64,000 bases of DNA, from contig OZ024740.1 in the NCBI GenBank assembly GCA_964016885.1, forward strand, positions 73,470,001-73,534,000. Direction: 5' to 3'. This DNA comes from Eledone cirrhosa (taxonomy: Eukaryota). Below are positions 12,864 to 25,029 of this stretch, one piece after another (the first letter of the stretch is position 1; the number at the start of each line of letters is the position of its first letter). Under the pieces are notes generated by a model. The model saw only the letters and a program-made list of their open reading frames with translations, was not told the DNA's origin and ran no database searches. Position numbers and translations under genes: made by a program.

Positions 12864-12930
12864 CCCTGCAGTTTAAATCAGGATCATTTACAAATGTGTA
12901 ATAGATAGGACCTAGGATTTCATTCATTCC
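12864..12930 (-). CDS. TBC1D13: TBC1D13-like exon 9 (GMNEILGPIYYTFVNDPDLNCR)
   Basis: tttcag acceptor, GTTTGT donor, 67 nt. GMNEI.GP.YY TBC motif. Confidence 0.93.
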
Positions 12931-12938
12931 CTGAAAGA

Positions 12939-13092
12939 AAACAGTTATGTCAATATAAATAAACAGTTATGTCAATATAAATAAACAGTTATGTCAATAT
13001 AAATAAACAGTTATGTCAATATAAATAAACAGTTATGTCAATATAAATAAACAGTTATGTCAATATAAATAAACAGTTATGTCAATATAAAT
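12939..13092. repeat. 22-bp tandem repeat x7 (AAACAGTTATGTCAATATAAAT)
   Basis: Seven exact copies starting at 12939, 12961, 12983, 13005, 13027, 13049 and 13071. Confidence 0.95.
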
Positions 13093-13185
13093 AGTACAAA
13101 AGAATTTTAAAACAGTTATGTCATTATTAATAGAACAAAAGGATTAAAAAAACTGTAAATATCAGTAGAAATATCTGTAACTAAC

Positions 13186-13317
13186 TTGTATATATCCTAA
13201 ACCAGGATTGAGTTTAGCATAAATGAAGAGGATACGTTCAACAACTTCCCAATGAGCTTCTTTACCTTCTGATAACACAGAATATTCTTCCTGGGATTTC
13301 TTCCGACTAGACATCAT
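13186..13317 (-). CDS. TBC1D13: TBC1D13-like exon 8 (MMSSRKKSQEEYSVLSEGKEAHWEVVERILFIYAKLNPGLGYIQ)
   Basis: tttacag acceptor, GTTAGT donor, 132 nt. EAHWEVVERILFIYAKLNPG plus the YxQ glutamine finger. Confidence 0.95.
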
Positions 13318-13336
13318 CTGTAAAAGGATGTTAGAC

Positions 13337-13698
13337 AAATTATCATTTTAATTATTTAAAATTTTGAAAAAATAAATATCTGCATTGAAGATGAAGAAGA
13401 TGAAAGTTGTAGGATTGTTGAGGAGGGTGCAGATGATAGGGCAAAATGGAAAACTTTTAGCAGGGAAAATGGCCTTAAAATGCTTGTTGTTTATGTTGTC
13501 TGTGTGGTTAGCAGTCCAAATTATCATTGTAGTTATTTAAAGCTTTGAGAAAAGGAAAAAATATTTGCATTGATGATAAAGGAAATGTAAACTGGAAGGA
13601 CTGTTGCAGATGATAGGGCAAAATGGAAAACTATTAGCAGGGAAAATGGCCTTAAAATGCTTGTTGTTGTCTATGCATGGTTAGTAATTCAAATTATC
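13337..13698. repeat. Diverged ~180-bp tandem duplication next to the exon 8 acceptor
   Basis: Two units share caaattatcatt...gcagatgatagggcaaaatggaaaact...ggccttaaaatgcttgttgtt. Confidence 0.8.
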
Positions 13699-14329
13699 AA
13701 GAATATATATACTAAATAGTACATAGTTCCTATAATATGCATCATCAAAAGCAAAGCCCTGAAGTTCTTTAATCATGTAAAATATTCACAAAAAGGTCTT
13801 TCTAAAACATGAATGGAGAGTAAGATTCAGGGTAAAAATAATTAAGGGTAGGCCACCAAGGTGCTGATGAGACAATATCTATAAATGGTCTGGTCAAAAT
13901 TTATATGAACTAAACAAAGCCATGCAAAATAAGAAACTTTGGAAAGAACTATGTTATGTTAGTGTGGAATCTGTCACAGTTGGAGACAGTGAATGATGAT
14001 GACACTAATCAACAATAAAAACAAATATTTTAAGATCATTTTCTTTGCTAAAAGTTAGGGTTAACCTTGCAGATCCCATAACAGGTTTTATCATGGGGTC
14101 TTTTAAGACAAACTTTTATGGTCAAATACCTTTCCTAATGCCAACCCTTTCAGTCACCTCTTATGACATGTGGGGATACTACGGTGTATCTATTTTAACC
14201 AGATACACATAGTAACAGGAATATATACTAAAGAGTAATTACTAAATAACTGCCATTTAGTGACTACTAATTGGTACCAAACTGTACTGGGAGAAAGCAA
14301 ACTTGTAAGAACACTATATGACAAACTAT

Positions 14330-14735
14330 TGTTAACCATCTTGCCAACAACAACCCTGAGTACCTTTTTGATTTACATGTGTCTAACACACGTGGACATG
14401 CCCACAAAGTCAGAAAACAGCACAGTTCCCATGACTTTCGGAAACATTTTTTCACACTCAGAGTTGCTGAAGCATGGAACAAACTACCTGCATCAGTTGC
14501 TAGCTGTCGAGACACTGCATCCTTTAAAACCTCATGCTTCCCGAGATTCGCCAAAACTACACCTATGTTCCTCCTCCATACACATACACACATGTATACC
14601 ATGACTCATACACTATTCACTTCCCTGACATTTGTATATTATTCTATGTACTATACATGCACCTTTGACGAGTTGTAGTGCACCTGAGCACTTTACACAA
14701 TAATTTCATTATTTATAATTAATATTATTATTATT
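14330..14735 (+). mobile_element. CR1-type LINE 3' fragment
   Basis: NTRGHAHKVRKQHSSHDFRKHFFTLRVAEAWNKLPASV is the CR1 ORF2 C-terminal motif; 3' UTR ends in (ATT)n; matches the copy at 47560-47950. Confidence 0.85.
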
Positions 14736-15470
14736 ATAGAATAAAAGTTAGAGGATCATCATCATCATCACCGTTTAATGTCCATTTTTCCACGCTTGCA
14801 TGGATTAGATAAGTCGTCCATGCCGGGAAGTAAGTCTGGCCAGAGTTGGCCATGTAGCAGCTTTCTCCAGTGAGGACTGTAAATTTGGCCGGGTATGCCC
14901 TTCCTAATTGAAAAAAATAACAAAAAACTTAGGCAATATTGGTGTTGTTGTTGCTTAACTCCATAGGCACAACATGGCCAAATGGTTAAGGAGTTTGCTT
15001 TGCAATAATAAGTTCCCAAGTTCAATCCCACAGCATGACATCTTGAGAAAGTATCATTTACCATAACTTCACATCAATCCAAGCATTCTGCGTGAAATTG
15101 GGTAGGCAGAAACTGTTTGGAAGACTGTTAGATGGACTATACCTGGAATCCAAAGGCCCAGCTATGTCATGCAGTATCACCCTGAGAATTATGTTAAGTG
15201 TACATGTGTCTGTGGAATGCTCGACCACTTGAATGTTAATTTCATGAGAAGGCTGTCCCATTAATCAAAACAACTGGAACAAACATAATAGAAATTAATG
15301 TAAGTCCATTCTGAATCCAGTTAAGACCTAGGTGCAGTCCAATCAAATATATAAACTCACCTTTGACCAGATAAATGGTCAAAGGTGTGTGTTCCAGCCA
15401 AACTGATCAGTATTTTACAGCTATATAGGACTACATTATCTAATATATGCTTAAACTATTTTTTAGAACA

Positions 15471-15719
15471 GAGGGGTATAATTTGAGGTAAATTTGGCAG
15501 TTATTTCTATACTAACTTACATTTATGATGACAGTGGGGTGTGATATGAGGTAAATTTGGCTGTTATTTCTATATTAACTTACATTTGTGATGACAACGG
15601 GGTATAATTTGAGGTAAATTTGGCTGTTATTTCTATATTAACTTACATTTATGATGACAGTGGGGTGTGATATGAGGTAGATTTGGCTGGTATTTCAATA
15701 TTAACTTACATTTGTGATG
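15471..15719. repeat. 63-bp tandem repeat x4 that includes the exon 7 donor site
   Basis: aacttacattt(a/g)tgatg recurs, with the donor G at 15709, 15646, 15583 and 15520; units alternate A/B. Confidence 0.9.
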
Positions 15720-15869
15720 CCTAACCAGTTGCGAGAAACCGTTTCTGACTGTAACACACATTGTTCAACACGTTTCCGTAGTGTTTCTACTTTGTTATTG
15801 GCATTAACCATTTCCTCACAGGGAAAGTCTGTTGGCTTTTGAAAAAAAAACAAATCGGGACACAAACGT
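15710..15869 (-). CDS. TBC1D13: TBC1D13-like exon 7 (RRLCPDLFFFQKPTDFPCEEMVNANNKVETLRKRVEQCVLQSETVSRNWLGITN)
   Basis: tttcag acceptor, GTAAGT donor, 160 nt. RLCPD..FFQ and ETLRKRVEQ match TBC1D13. Confidence 0.95.
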
Positions 15870-16037
15870 CTGAAATATTAAAAAAAAATAATAAATACAT
15901 AAATTTGAAAATATAGTTGCCACAATAATAGTTGATAACTATAAATAATGTTCGAATAAATCAGATAGAGTCCCACTGGAGACACCCATGGAGTATTAAA
16001 CCAGGCATTTTTGTCCACTTTTTCTATCTCCAGGGGT

Positions 16038-16640
16038 CGAGACACTGCATCCTTTAAAACCTCCATGCTTCCTGAGATTTTCCAACACTAAACCTAATAT
16101 TCCCGCTCCATACACACATGTATATCATGACTCATACACTATTCACTTCCCTGACATTTGTATATTATTCTATGTACTATACATGCACCTTTGACGAGTT
16201 GTAGTGCACCTGAGCACTGTACACAATGGACTTGGTAAACACCCACAAAGTTATTAACCATCTCGCCAACAACAACCCTGAGCACCTTTTTGATCTCCAT
16301 GTGTCTAACACACGTGGACATGCCTACTAAGTCAGAAAACAGCACAGCTCCCATGACTTTCGGAAACATTTTTTCATGCTTAGTGTTGCTGAAGGATGGA
16401 ACAAACTGCCTGCATTAGTTGTTAGCTGCCGAGACACTGCATCCTTTAAAATCCTCATGCTTGCCGAAATTCGCCAAAACTACACCTGGTGTACCCCTTC
16501 CACACACGTGTATATCATGATGCATGCACTGTTCATTTTCCTGACGTTTGTACATTACCCTATGTACTATACATACACTTTCGGATGAGTTGTAGTGCAC
16601 CTGAGCACTGTACACAATATTTTCATTATTATTATTATAT
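16038..16640 (+). mobile_element. Two tandem CR1 3' fragments
   Basis: A 3' UTR piece (16038-16228) is followed by a longer ORF2-end plus 3' UTR piece of the same family. Confidence 0.8.
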
Positions 16641-16682
16641 TATTGAATCCAGAAATCATTATTATATATATATACATATATA

Positions 16683-17489
16683 TTATTTACGTGTCCCAAC
16701 GACTTTTTTTAGCCGTTGTTCGCACCAACCTGAGGCATATGGCCCTTAAAGCGATGAAATGCCGAGGACGGTTGGAGGGTCACTGATGAAGGACTCACTT
16801 TTTCATATGTATCCCATTTGCAACGCCGCAGCTCCATTATTATCATCATATTTACACATATAATTTTTCCATGCTGCCTTCGTCTGTTTCGTTCCTTGTA
16901 TCTTTACCACTTCTAGCAGTCTCCCTCTCTGTTACCCTCTCCTCAACTTTCACTCACTCATTCTCTGTCACTACCTCTCCTCCTCCTCTTTCCTCCTCCT
17001 CCAAGTTTGACCTGTGTGTAATTCTTTTCTCGCGCAGTCTTGACCGAGCTGGTATGGAATTTTTTTCTCTCTCTCTTTCGTCTGCGACTTCACAAAACTT
17101 GCGTTTACCGAATTCGTAGACCAGACCCCCTTATCTTCTTCTTCTTCTTCTTCCTCTTCTCTCCTTTTTCTTTCTCTCTCTCTCTCTTCCCCCCCCCCGT
17201 CAAACTTGGGCGAAATTCTTTCCTTGCTCACATTTCTACCAGTCTGATGGTCTTTCGTCTCTTGTTCACGATTTCACAGAGTTTATATTCATAGAGATCT
17301 GGGACTTGTCTATTTCTACTCACTTTCCGTTGCTTAAACCTTTTTGTTGTTACTCTAGCGTCCCCCTTTATTTACGTGTCCCAACGACTTTTTTTAGCCG
17401 TTGTTCGCACCAACCTGAGGCATATGGCCCTTAAAGCGATGAAATGCCGAGGACGGTTGGAGGGTCACTGATGAAGGACTCACTTTTTC

Positions 17490-17538
<49 letters not shown>

Positions 17539-18270
17539 CATATATATACATATATATATATACATACATATATATATATACATACATATATACACATATA
17601 TACACATATATATATATATATACATATATATACATACATATAGTTGTCATACACGTGCTCGTACATTGACCATCTAGGTTCCTATGGCTCTGTTATGGTC
17701 AGAAACATACACTCTTACAGCTTATGCAGATCAACAAAAAACGTGCGCACACCTCTATATTTACCCTCACAGCTCTGTACACACACACTTATATACACAC
17801 ACGTTTTCACACTTTTGTACTTACATATACACAAACATTTCCTCTTAGCTTCATACGGACCTACAGACACACACATGCATGTGCACACGTACAGCTCTAT
17901 ATACAAAACATTTTTTTCCCTTTCAGACAGATGCACCCGATCACCAACTTTTCAAAAAAAGTATATCATACTCAAAACGTCAGCATCAACAGTTTCAGAT
18001 GGCAACATGAATGAACCTGTTATTTTTCTCTAAAAAATTTGTTTCCCCGACCTGCCTATCTCCTCAATTTTTCTATTTCTTCTTTAATTTCTCATTTTAT
18101 TTTCTGATGAAGGACTAGCGTCTGAAATGGTAAGTCTATTTTCCTACTATATTAAGCATAAAACTAATAATTGTTTCTACATGAAGCATAAAACAAATTA
18201 TATATTTATTCATTGTACTGTGTTGTTTGGTTTGTATTTCTGTTTGCCTTTTACACACACATATATTTCA
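16683..18270 (+). mobile_element. Probable degenerate Penelope-like element remnant with 126-bp direct repeats and an HHR-like motif
   Basis: Direct repeats at 16683-16808 and 17368-17493 contain CTGATGAAGGACT. An HHR-like CTGATGA-aggac(tagc)gtct-GAAA-tgg-TA lies at 18104-18132. Confidence 0.45.
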
Positions 18271-19154
18271 CAACCATTATTCTTCATTAACACTGGCTTA
18301 CTTACACCCAGGCATGAAGTATAAAAAACATATTAAAGTTGCATAGATTTTGTAAATATACTATTCTTGTTGAAAGCATATTTACATATAGTAAAATCGT
18401 GCCAAACAATGTTTATTTCATAATACACATACTCTCACGTCTTCCTGTTCAAACCGACCATAACCGGCTGCTCATAAGGTATTGTTCTCAAAATAAATAA
18501 TATCAAAATCTCATATAGAGTAATGTAAATGCTAAAGGGTTAAAATAAAAAATTGTAATTAATCAGGGAACTTCTTTATTTGCACTATAGAAACTAATCT
18601 TATATTATTTCATATCACGAAATTTCAAGTGTTACTACTTCAGATTATTAACAGAGAAGTTTATAACATCATATTTTGTAGGAAGATTGATCAGTATAAT
18701 ATATAGTTAAATAGGGCTGTCACTGTTATGGTTTCCAGTATACAGTACAAAAATGTGACGTTAAATAAAAACAGATATAAAGGGAGGTAACTCTTTAAAA
18801 CCAATATTTTCCAGAAACATTCACCAAATAGCAATTACAGTGGAACTGTGTCTTTAACCAGGTCACAAACAGTGGAATGATCATTTTAACACCAAGAAAT
18901 GAATGATAAATGTAAAGTGATATAACAAAGTAGTTTTTGAAGAGCTAAAATAATTTCTTCACAATATAATTGCTTTAGTTTCAACAAATTGTCACAAATC
19001 AAGTCACTTATCAGACAGGTCAACTCCAAAATTTACAAAATAGCAAATATGTAAACATTATTTTCGTTACATTGCCTTGTTGAAGGCTAGAAAACATTTT
19101 AATATCCCTAGAATAGACATTTTAAAATAGAATAAACATATTTAACAATATGAA

Positions 19155-20220
19155 TCATCATCATCAACGTTTAACGTCCGTGTTCCATGCTTGCATGGGT
19201 TTGGACGGGGGTATTCCCACTTGAGGCAAGAGTGATTGTCTTGCTCGCATAGGACTGTCTGGCAGGTTTTCTACAGTTGGATGCCCTTCCTAACACCAAC
19301 CACATTTACAGTGTGGGTCTGGGAGGTTTTTACCGTGTTGCCTACACGGCCACATTACAGCGTGGACTGTGTGTTTTTTTGTCGTGACACCTACACGATC
19401 TCATTTGTTTCGGCCTGGATGGCGCGGCACCAACATAACTTTACATAGAACGGGGTGGTGTGGATGGGGTAGGGGTAGTGGTGGTGGGACGGGGTGTATT
19501 TTGTTAGAGATGCCTACTGGCTGTAGTAGGTTTTACTATGTATTTAGGTAAGGCGGGTCTTCTCTGTTACTGAGTACCGCCAAAGGTCTCGGTCCAGTGA
19601 CATTGTCTTGGAGAGGTGTAAGTGTGTGAGGTCGGAGTTTATCAGCTCGTCCCAGGTTTTTCTAGGTCTGCCTATTCCGTGGCTACCGTCTATCTTTATT
19701 GCCCTGCACTTTGTTATACAGCTATCGACTTTCATGCGCATCACGTGTCCATACCAACGTAGCCTTCTCTCGAGTAAACATCTGATCCCTCTTATTTCTA
19801 ATTTTTTTCTTAGTTCGTTTATGCTTTGCCGTTCACGTATATTACTGTTACACATCCAGCGGAGCATGCAAGCTTCATTCCTCTCTAGTCTGCGTATATC
19901 CTCTGCACACAATGCCCAGGTCTCACTGCCATGCAACATTGCTGTTCGTATGCAGGCATCGTACAACCTGCCTTTCATTTTTAGGGAGAACCCTTTAGCA
20001 GCTAATAGTGGTATAAGCTCTCTGAACTTTTTCCAACCAGTTCTGACTCTAGCTACTGTACTTTCAGAGCACCCTCCCCCACTGCTGATTTTATCGCCCA
20101 GGTAACGGAAGCTGTCCACAATTTCTATAGAACCCTCTGCGCAATTGAAAGAGCTAGTATTTTGTGGGCACTTGCTGCTACTTATTGCACCAGAGCACCG
20201 GCCACATGTAAAAACCCTTC
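19155..20220 (-). mobile_element. RTE LINE 3' fragment (second subfamily)
   Basis: ORF 19544..20233 encodes FTCGRC, FRYLGD and LRWYGHVMRM; 3' UTR and (GAT)n tail; matches the copy at 26700-29440. Confidence 0.9.
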
Positions 20221-20246
20221 TTAATAACAACAAGCACTACTTCATA

Positions 20247-21091
20247 CTAGCCGAATTACCAGCGCCTTGCTGCATTTCACACATTTTTTTTGTAAAAAAA
20301 TGATGATTCATTTTAAATCAGTGGTATAATTTATAGAGAAAAACTCTGCATTTCAATATTACTCAATGCAAAATGTAATGCATGAAAAATTGGAAAACAT
20401 TATTTTTTGTAATATATCAAATCAAAATTACATTATTAAATCTTATTCTTATTTTGTTTCTCGTAAATAATTTTTTTCAAAATATCAATTCAAAACTTGA
20501 TCACATCATTTTTGTGTAAAGCATTATTTTCAAATTAGAAATTCAAAGTTTAATTATTTATTTTTTAACATAATAAATACATGAAAATATATTTCATACT
20601 TTGTCCTAATGAAGAACATTTGGCTAAATTTTTGTTGCCATAATTCTAGTGATGTTTTACCATAGATAAAATGTCTAAATTAGCCAAATTTTACTCTAAA
20701 AGAGAGGTACTTTTTTGTTGTTGATTTACGTTTAATTAATAGAAAAACCCTGTGATAATAGAGGTTCCAATACTCAAGTTATGGGCTTCCAAAATTTTCA
20801 CTATAGGGGGTTTAACCCCCATTAGGGTGTCTTAATATTATTGAATAGGCATCATATCTTGTCATTTACCTATGGTTTAAATTTCATATAAATCAAAGGG
20901 AAAAAAATTTTCAGCGGGGGTTTGTGCCCCTGGGGAACCCTTTGATTAAAATGAAATATACTTATCCAAGTATCCTGGGCAATGTAGTTTCAGAATATAT
21001 ATGGTTATGGGGGTCTATCTCCAAAACCATAGGAGGAGTTTGTGAACAAACAAACAAACAGGCAAGAACTACAACTTTATATATATATAGA
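20247..21091 (-). mobile_element. Non-autonomous Helitron
   Basis: Minus strand starts TCTATATATAT and ends with a hairpin (cagc/gctg) plus CTAG, inserted between A and T. Confidence 0.7.
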
Positions 21092-21103
21092 TATACAGTA
21101 TCA

Positions 21104-21322
21104 GGGTGATGGATTGGCAGTATGGGTAGAGGGTTGGACAATATGCTTTGCAGCATATAGTTACGTCGCTTTGCATTTGAGTTCAAATCCCGCTGAGGTT
21201 ATTTGCCTTTCATCCATAGCGGTTCGATAAAATAAATTACCAGTAATTCACTGAGATAGACTTTCTTCCCCTCAAAAAAAAAAAAAAAATTATTGGACTT
21301 GTGCCTCAATCAGAAACCATTA
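21104..21322 (+). mobile_element. tRNA-derived SINE (diverged)
   Basis: Head, GAGTTCAAATCC B box and core as in the other copies. Confidence 0.75.
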
Positions 21323-21826
21323 CATATACAGTACTATTCATATAACTTAGAAAATATTTAGTAATAACTCTGGAATATAGTTTTGTAAGAGAGATGTTTG
21401 TGGTTTATTTTACATTGGTGGATTGCAGACCCTAACCCATGTGCCTATAAACTAAAGTTTATATGATGCAGGTTGACTTTTTGGAACATGTTTTAGGGAG
21501 AACAAAATGGAACTTATAGTCAGTCAAATATGGTAAATTTATGTATTATATCACCATTATCATAGTCATCATTTAAAATCCATTTTACCCTTGCTAGCAG
21601 GGAAAACAGACATCAATGATGATGATCATCACCATGTATATGTTTGCAAAGTCTGCTTAGGAGTCTGGTGGGTTCAAAAAGCCACTGTTGAAAAGAATTC
21701 TTTTAATAGTCAGTGACGGTCTGCCTCGAACACAAGTGGACTGCCATCAAAAATACATTATATATATATATATATATACATACAATCATCATCATTGTCG
21801 CCATTTAATGTCCATTTTCCATGCTA

Positions 21827-21892
<66 letters not shown>

Positions 21893-22085
21893 TCATGTTG
21901 TATATTGAACTTAAGAGATTAAACTTCACAGTCATCATCAAAGCCAGAGATCTCTGAATTAAGGAATCTATCTAATTAATCAACCATAAACCCAAATCAA
22001 CAATAGACTAGAACATTATTTTTTATCTTTCATCCATTCTTACAAAACAAGAAACAAATCTCTTATCACCAAATGAAAAGTTTAC

Positions 22086-22168
22086 CTGCAGTCTTTATCA
22101 ATTTGTACTAACATCTCATTGTCTTTGAAATATGCACCCCATTCACTGTCAGGGTTAGGATTTAGAGG
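22086..22168 (-). CDS. TBC1D13: TBC1D13-like exon 6 (PLNPNPDSEWGAYFKDNEMLVQIDKDCR)
   Basis: tttcag acceptor, GTAAAC donor, 83 nt. PLNPNPDS-W-YFKDNE signature and most of the IxxDxxR arginine-finger motif, which is completed in exon 7. Confidence 0.95.
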
Positions 22169-23314
22169 CTGAAAGAAAATTAAGAAATATTGCATCAATA
22201 CAACACTAAAAGTATTAACTCTTTTCTTAACATAATTCTAATGAAAGACACAGCCTATATCAGTCTAAGAACAGCATAAGTATTAAATCTTTTGTTTATA
22301 TAATTCTAATGAAAGACACTGTTCTATGTATTTTGAAAATAATCAAGATTTCATGATTTAGTTTAGTAATACAACAAACATTATTGAGCTGGTGTTTGAA
22401 GCATAACTTAAAGATTATTACATAAAATTACGATGGAAGGTTTTTAGATAAATATAAACACTTTAACCCGTCTAATGAAAGACAATGCATATAATTTTCA
22501 AATAATTTTGAAAATAATCAAGAATCTTAAAGGATTTTGTAAAATAAGTTTTTGATTGGTGTTTGCAACATTACATAACATAGATTCTTACATAAAATTA
22601 TGATAGAAAATTTTTAGATAAATATAAACATTACAAAACAAGCAATTTTGTATTTTAGAACCATGGATGGGATCTGGCAGTTTTGGTATCAAAAGGGTCA
22701 GGAAAGATGAAAACAGTTGGTTCAAACTTTATTTGAAGCTCCTGAAAGCGCTGTCATTTAACTTTAGGATCTAAATTTAAAGTGAGACTAAATATATATT
22801 TATTGGTGTAGCAGTGCACTCAATAATGACAGCAATAGAGTTGAACATATTTATTTTTTGGAGTCCATGTTTGGTATACAATATATACCAGATATATGAA
22901 CAATCATACAACTGGGGAAATTGGAGTTTTAAAAAATTAATTGATTGTGTAAAATAAAGCCTATAGTTTATATTGATTACTGGCATGTGGCAGTGATTCA
23001 AAATAAGAACGATTATTATATATTTCTAGGATTAATTACATAAAAGTTCAGCATGTATGTACAAATAACATGCAGGATTAAATGTATGAATAATTTTAAA
23101 GAAATAATTAGAACCCAGGACCTTGTGATTGGAAAGTGAACTTCCTATATATAAACACACGTGGAATATTATTATGGTTGATTAAACATAATAATGAGAC
23201 TGTGCACATAACATATTACTAATGTACTTTAAGGTTACAGTGCTTATAAAGAAGAACTTAACCGTTTCTTTATTATATTTCTCTCTATACATTTATTGCT
23301 TTAAAGTAACTTAC

Positions 23315-23408
23315 ATGATCTTCCATAGTGACATCAGCCTTCTTTTTATTATTTATATTTGAACCTGGTTTCACAATCATTTCATGTACAAACTGAGAGT
23401 AGAGAGCT
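23315..23408 (-). CDS. TBC1D13: TBC1D13-like exon 5 (RALYSQFVHEMIVKPGSNINNKKKADVTMEDH)
   Basis: ctccacag acceptor, GTAAGT donor, 94 nt, in frame with its neighbours. Confidence 0.93.
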
Positions 23409-23657
23409 CTGTGGAGAAACAATGAAAAAATGTAAGAGCTATGAAGAAAATATTATTATTAATCATTAACATCTTGTACCACATGAAACCACATTAGCAA
23501 ACAAGACTATCACTGCATCACATTAAAAACTGAAGTCGTTTCTCTATGTAAACTATACTATAGGCAAACGTCCATAAATTTCGGATATCAAATCAACCTT
23601 ATAAAAGTTTGAAAATATAACAAGGGAGAGAACTCTGAAGAAATAACACAATCCTAC

Positions 23658-23719
23658 CTTTGTTTGTCTTCCCACATTTTCCAGTCTGTCCTCTTTAAAG
23701 GGAGGTAATTCAGCAGCAG
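23658..23719 (-). CDS. TBC1D13: TBC1D13-like exon 4 (LLLNYLPLKRTDWKMWEDKQR)
   Basis: ttactag acceptor, GTAGGA donor, 62 nt. Carries the LLNYLP motif of TBC domains. Confidence 0.92.
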
Positions 23720-23829
23720 CTAGTAAAAAAAATATCATTTAATAAATTAGTTATATAAATTTTAATTTGAAATAATATACAATAGATAGTGCAATACAGA
23801 ATATAGACTGTATAAAATAATATCACACT

Positions 23830-23862
<33 letters not shown>

Positions 23863-23912
23863 CATCATCATCATCATCATCGTTTAACGTCCATCTTCCA
23901 CGCTAGCATGGG

Positions 23913-23954
<42 letters not shown>

Positions 23955-23956
<2 letters not shown>

Positions 23957-24700
23957 TCACCACCATCACCGTTTTACGTCCGTTCTTCCACGCTAGCATG
24001 GGTTAGACGGGTTGTCCTGTTGTGGGCAGTGTCTGGTCGGCTGACCATGCCTTTCTCATACAGGAACTGATTTGGCTTGATTTCTACAGCTGGATGCCCT
24101 TCCTAACACCAACCTCATTTACAGTGAGTGCTGGGTGCTTTTTCGTGGCGCCTACACGTCCACTTTACAGTGTGGGCTGGGTGCTTTTTTGCCGTGGCAC
24201 CTCCACGACCACCTTGCGGTGGGAGGTGTGGGGACATATTGTCTATATGCTTCAGCTTGTACCCATGGGAGGTCGGGTACTCTGTATTACTGCGTGACGC
24301 CAGAGGTCACGGTCGTGCGTCATTGCCTTTGAGAGGTGTAATTGGGTAAGGTTGGCTTTTATCACCTCATCCCAGGTCATCTTGGGTCTCCCCACTCTGC
24401 GGTTTCCATCGACTTCTAGTGCTCTGCACCTCTTTATGCAACTGTCATCCTTCATACGCATCACATGTCCATACCAGCGCAACCACCTCTCCTGCACACA
24501 GCATTTGATTCCTCTTATGCTCAGTCTCTCTCTCAATTCATTTATGCTTTGTTGTTCACGTATATTACTGTTACACATCCATCGGAGCATGCAGGCTTCG
24601 TTTCTCTCTAATCTACGTAAGTCTTCCACCTTCAGCGCCCAGGTCTCACTACCATGTAACATCGCTGTTCGGATACATGCATCATACAGTCTGCCTTTCA
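23955..24700 (-). mobile_element. RTE LINE 3' fragment (same subfamily as 8850-12240)
   Basis: MKGRLYDACIRTAMLHGSETW...DLWRHAVIQSTRPPMGTS is nearly identical to the end of the 8850-12240 copy; 3' UTR and (GAT)n tail present. Confidence 0.92.
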
Positions 24701-25029
24701 TTATATATATATACATATATAAGAGGGATAAGCTGTAGTGTGTGGAAGAGAAGACTGCATTGGTATGGACATGTGATACGCATGGAGGGTGACCGCTGGG
24801 TAAAGAAGTGCCAAGAAATCCCAGCGAATGAAGACGCAGTAAAGGAAGACCACGAAAATCATGGGCAGAGGTGGTGAGAGCTGACCTCAGATTGCTGAAG
24901 CTCACAGAGGAGCTGACGAAGGACCGTGACGAATTGAGAGATGCTATGCTGAATGGACCCGTCCTACCCTTGCAAGCAGGGAAAAGCAGACGTAAAATGA
25001 TGATGATATATCGTTTATGTTAGGCTGTT

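Noticed and set aside
12939-13092. CRISPR-like array
   Set aside because: Repeats are head-to-tail with no spacers, no cas genes are present, and the context is a eukaryotic intron.
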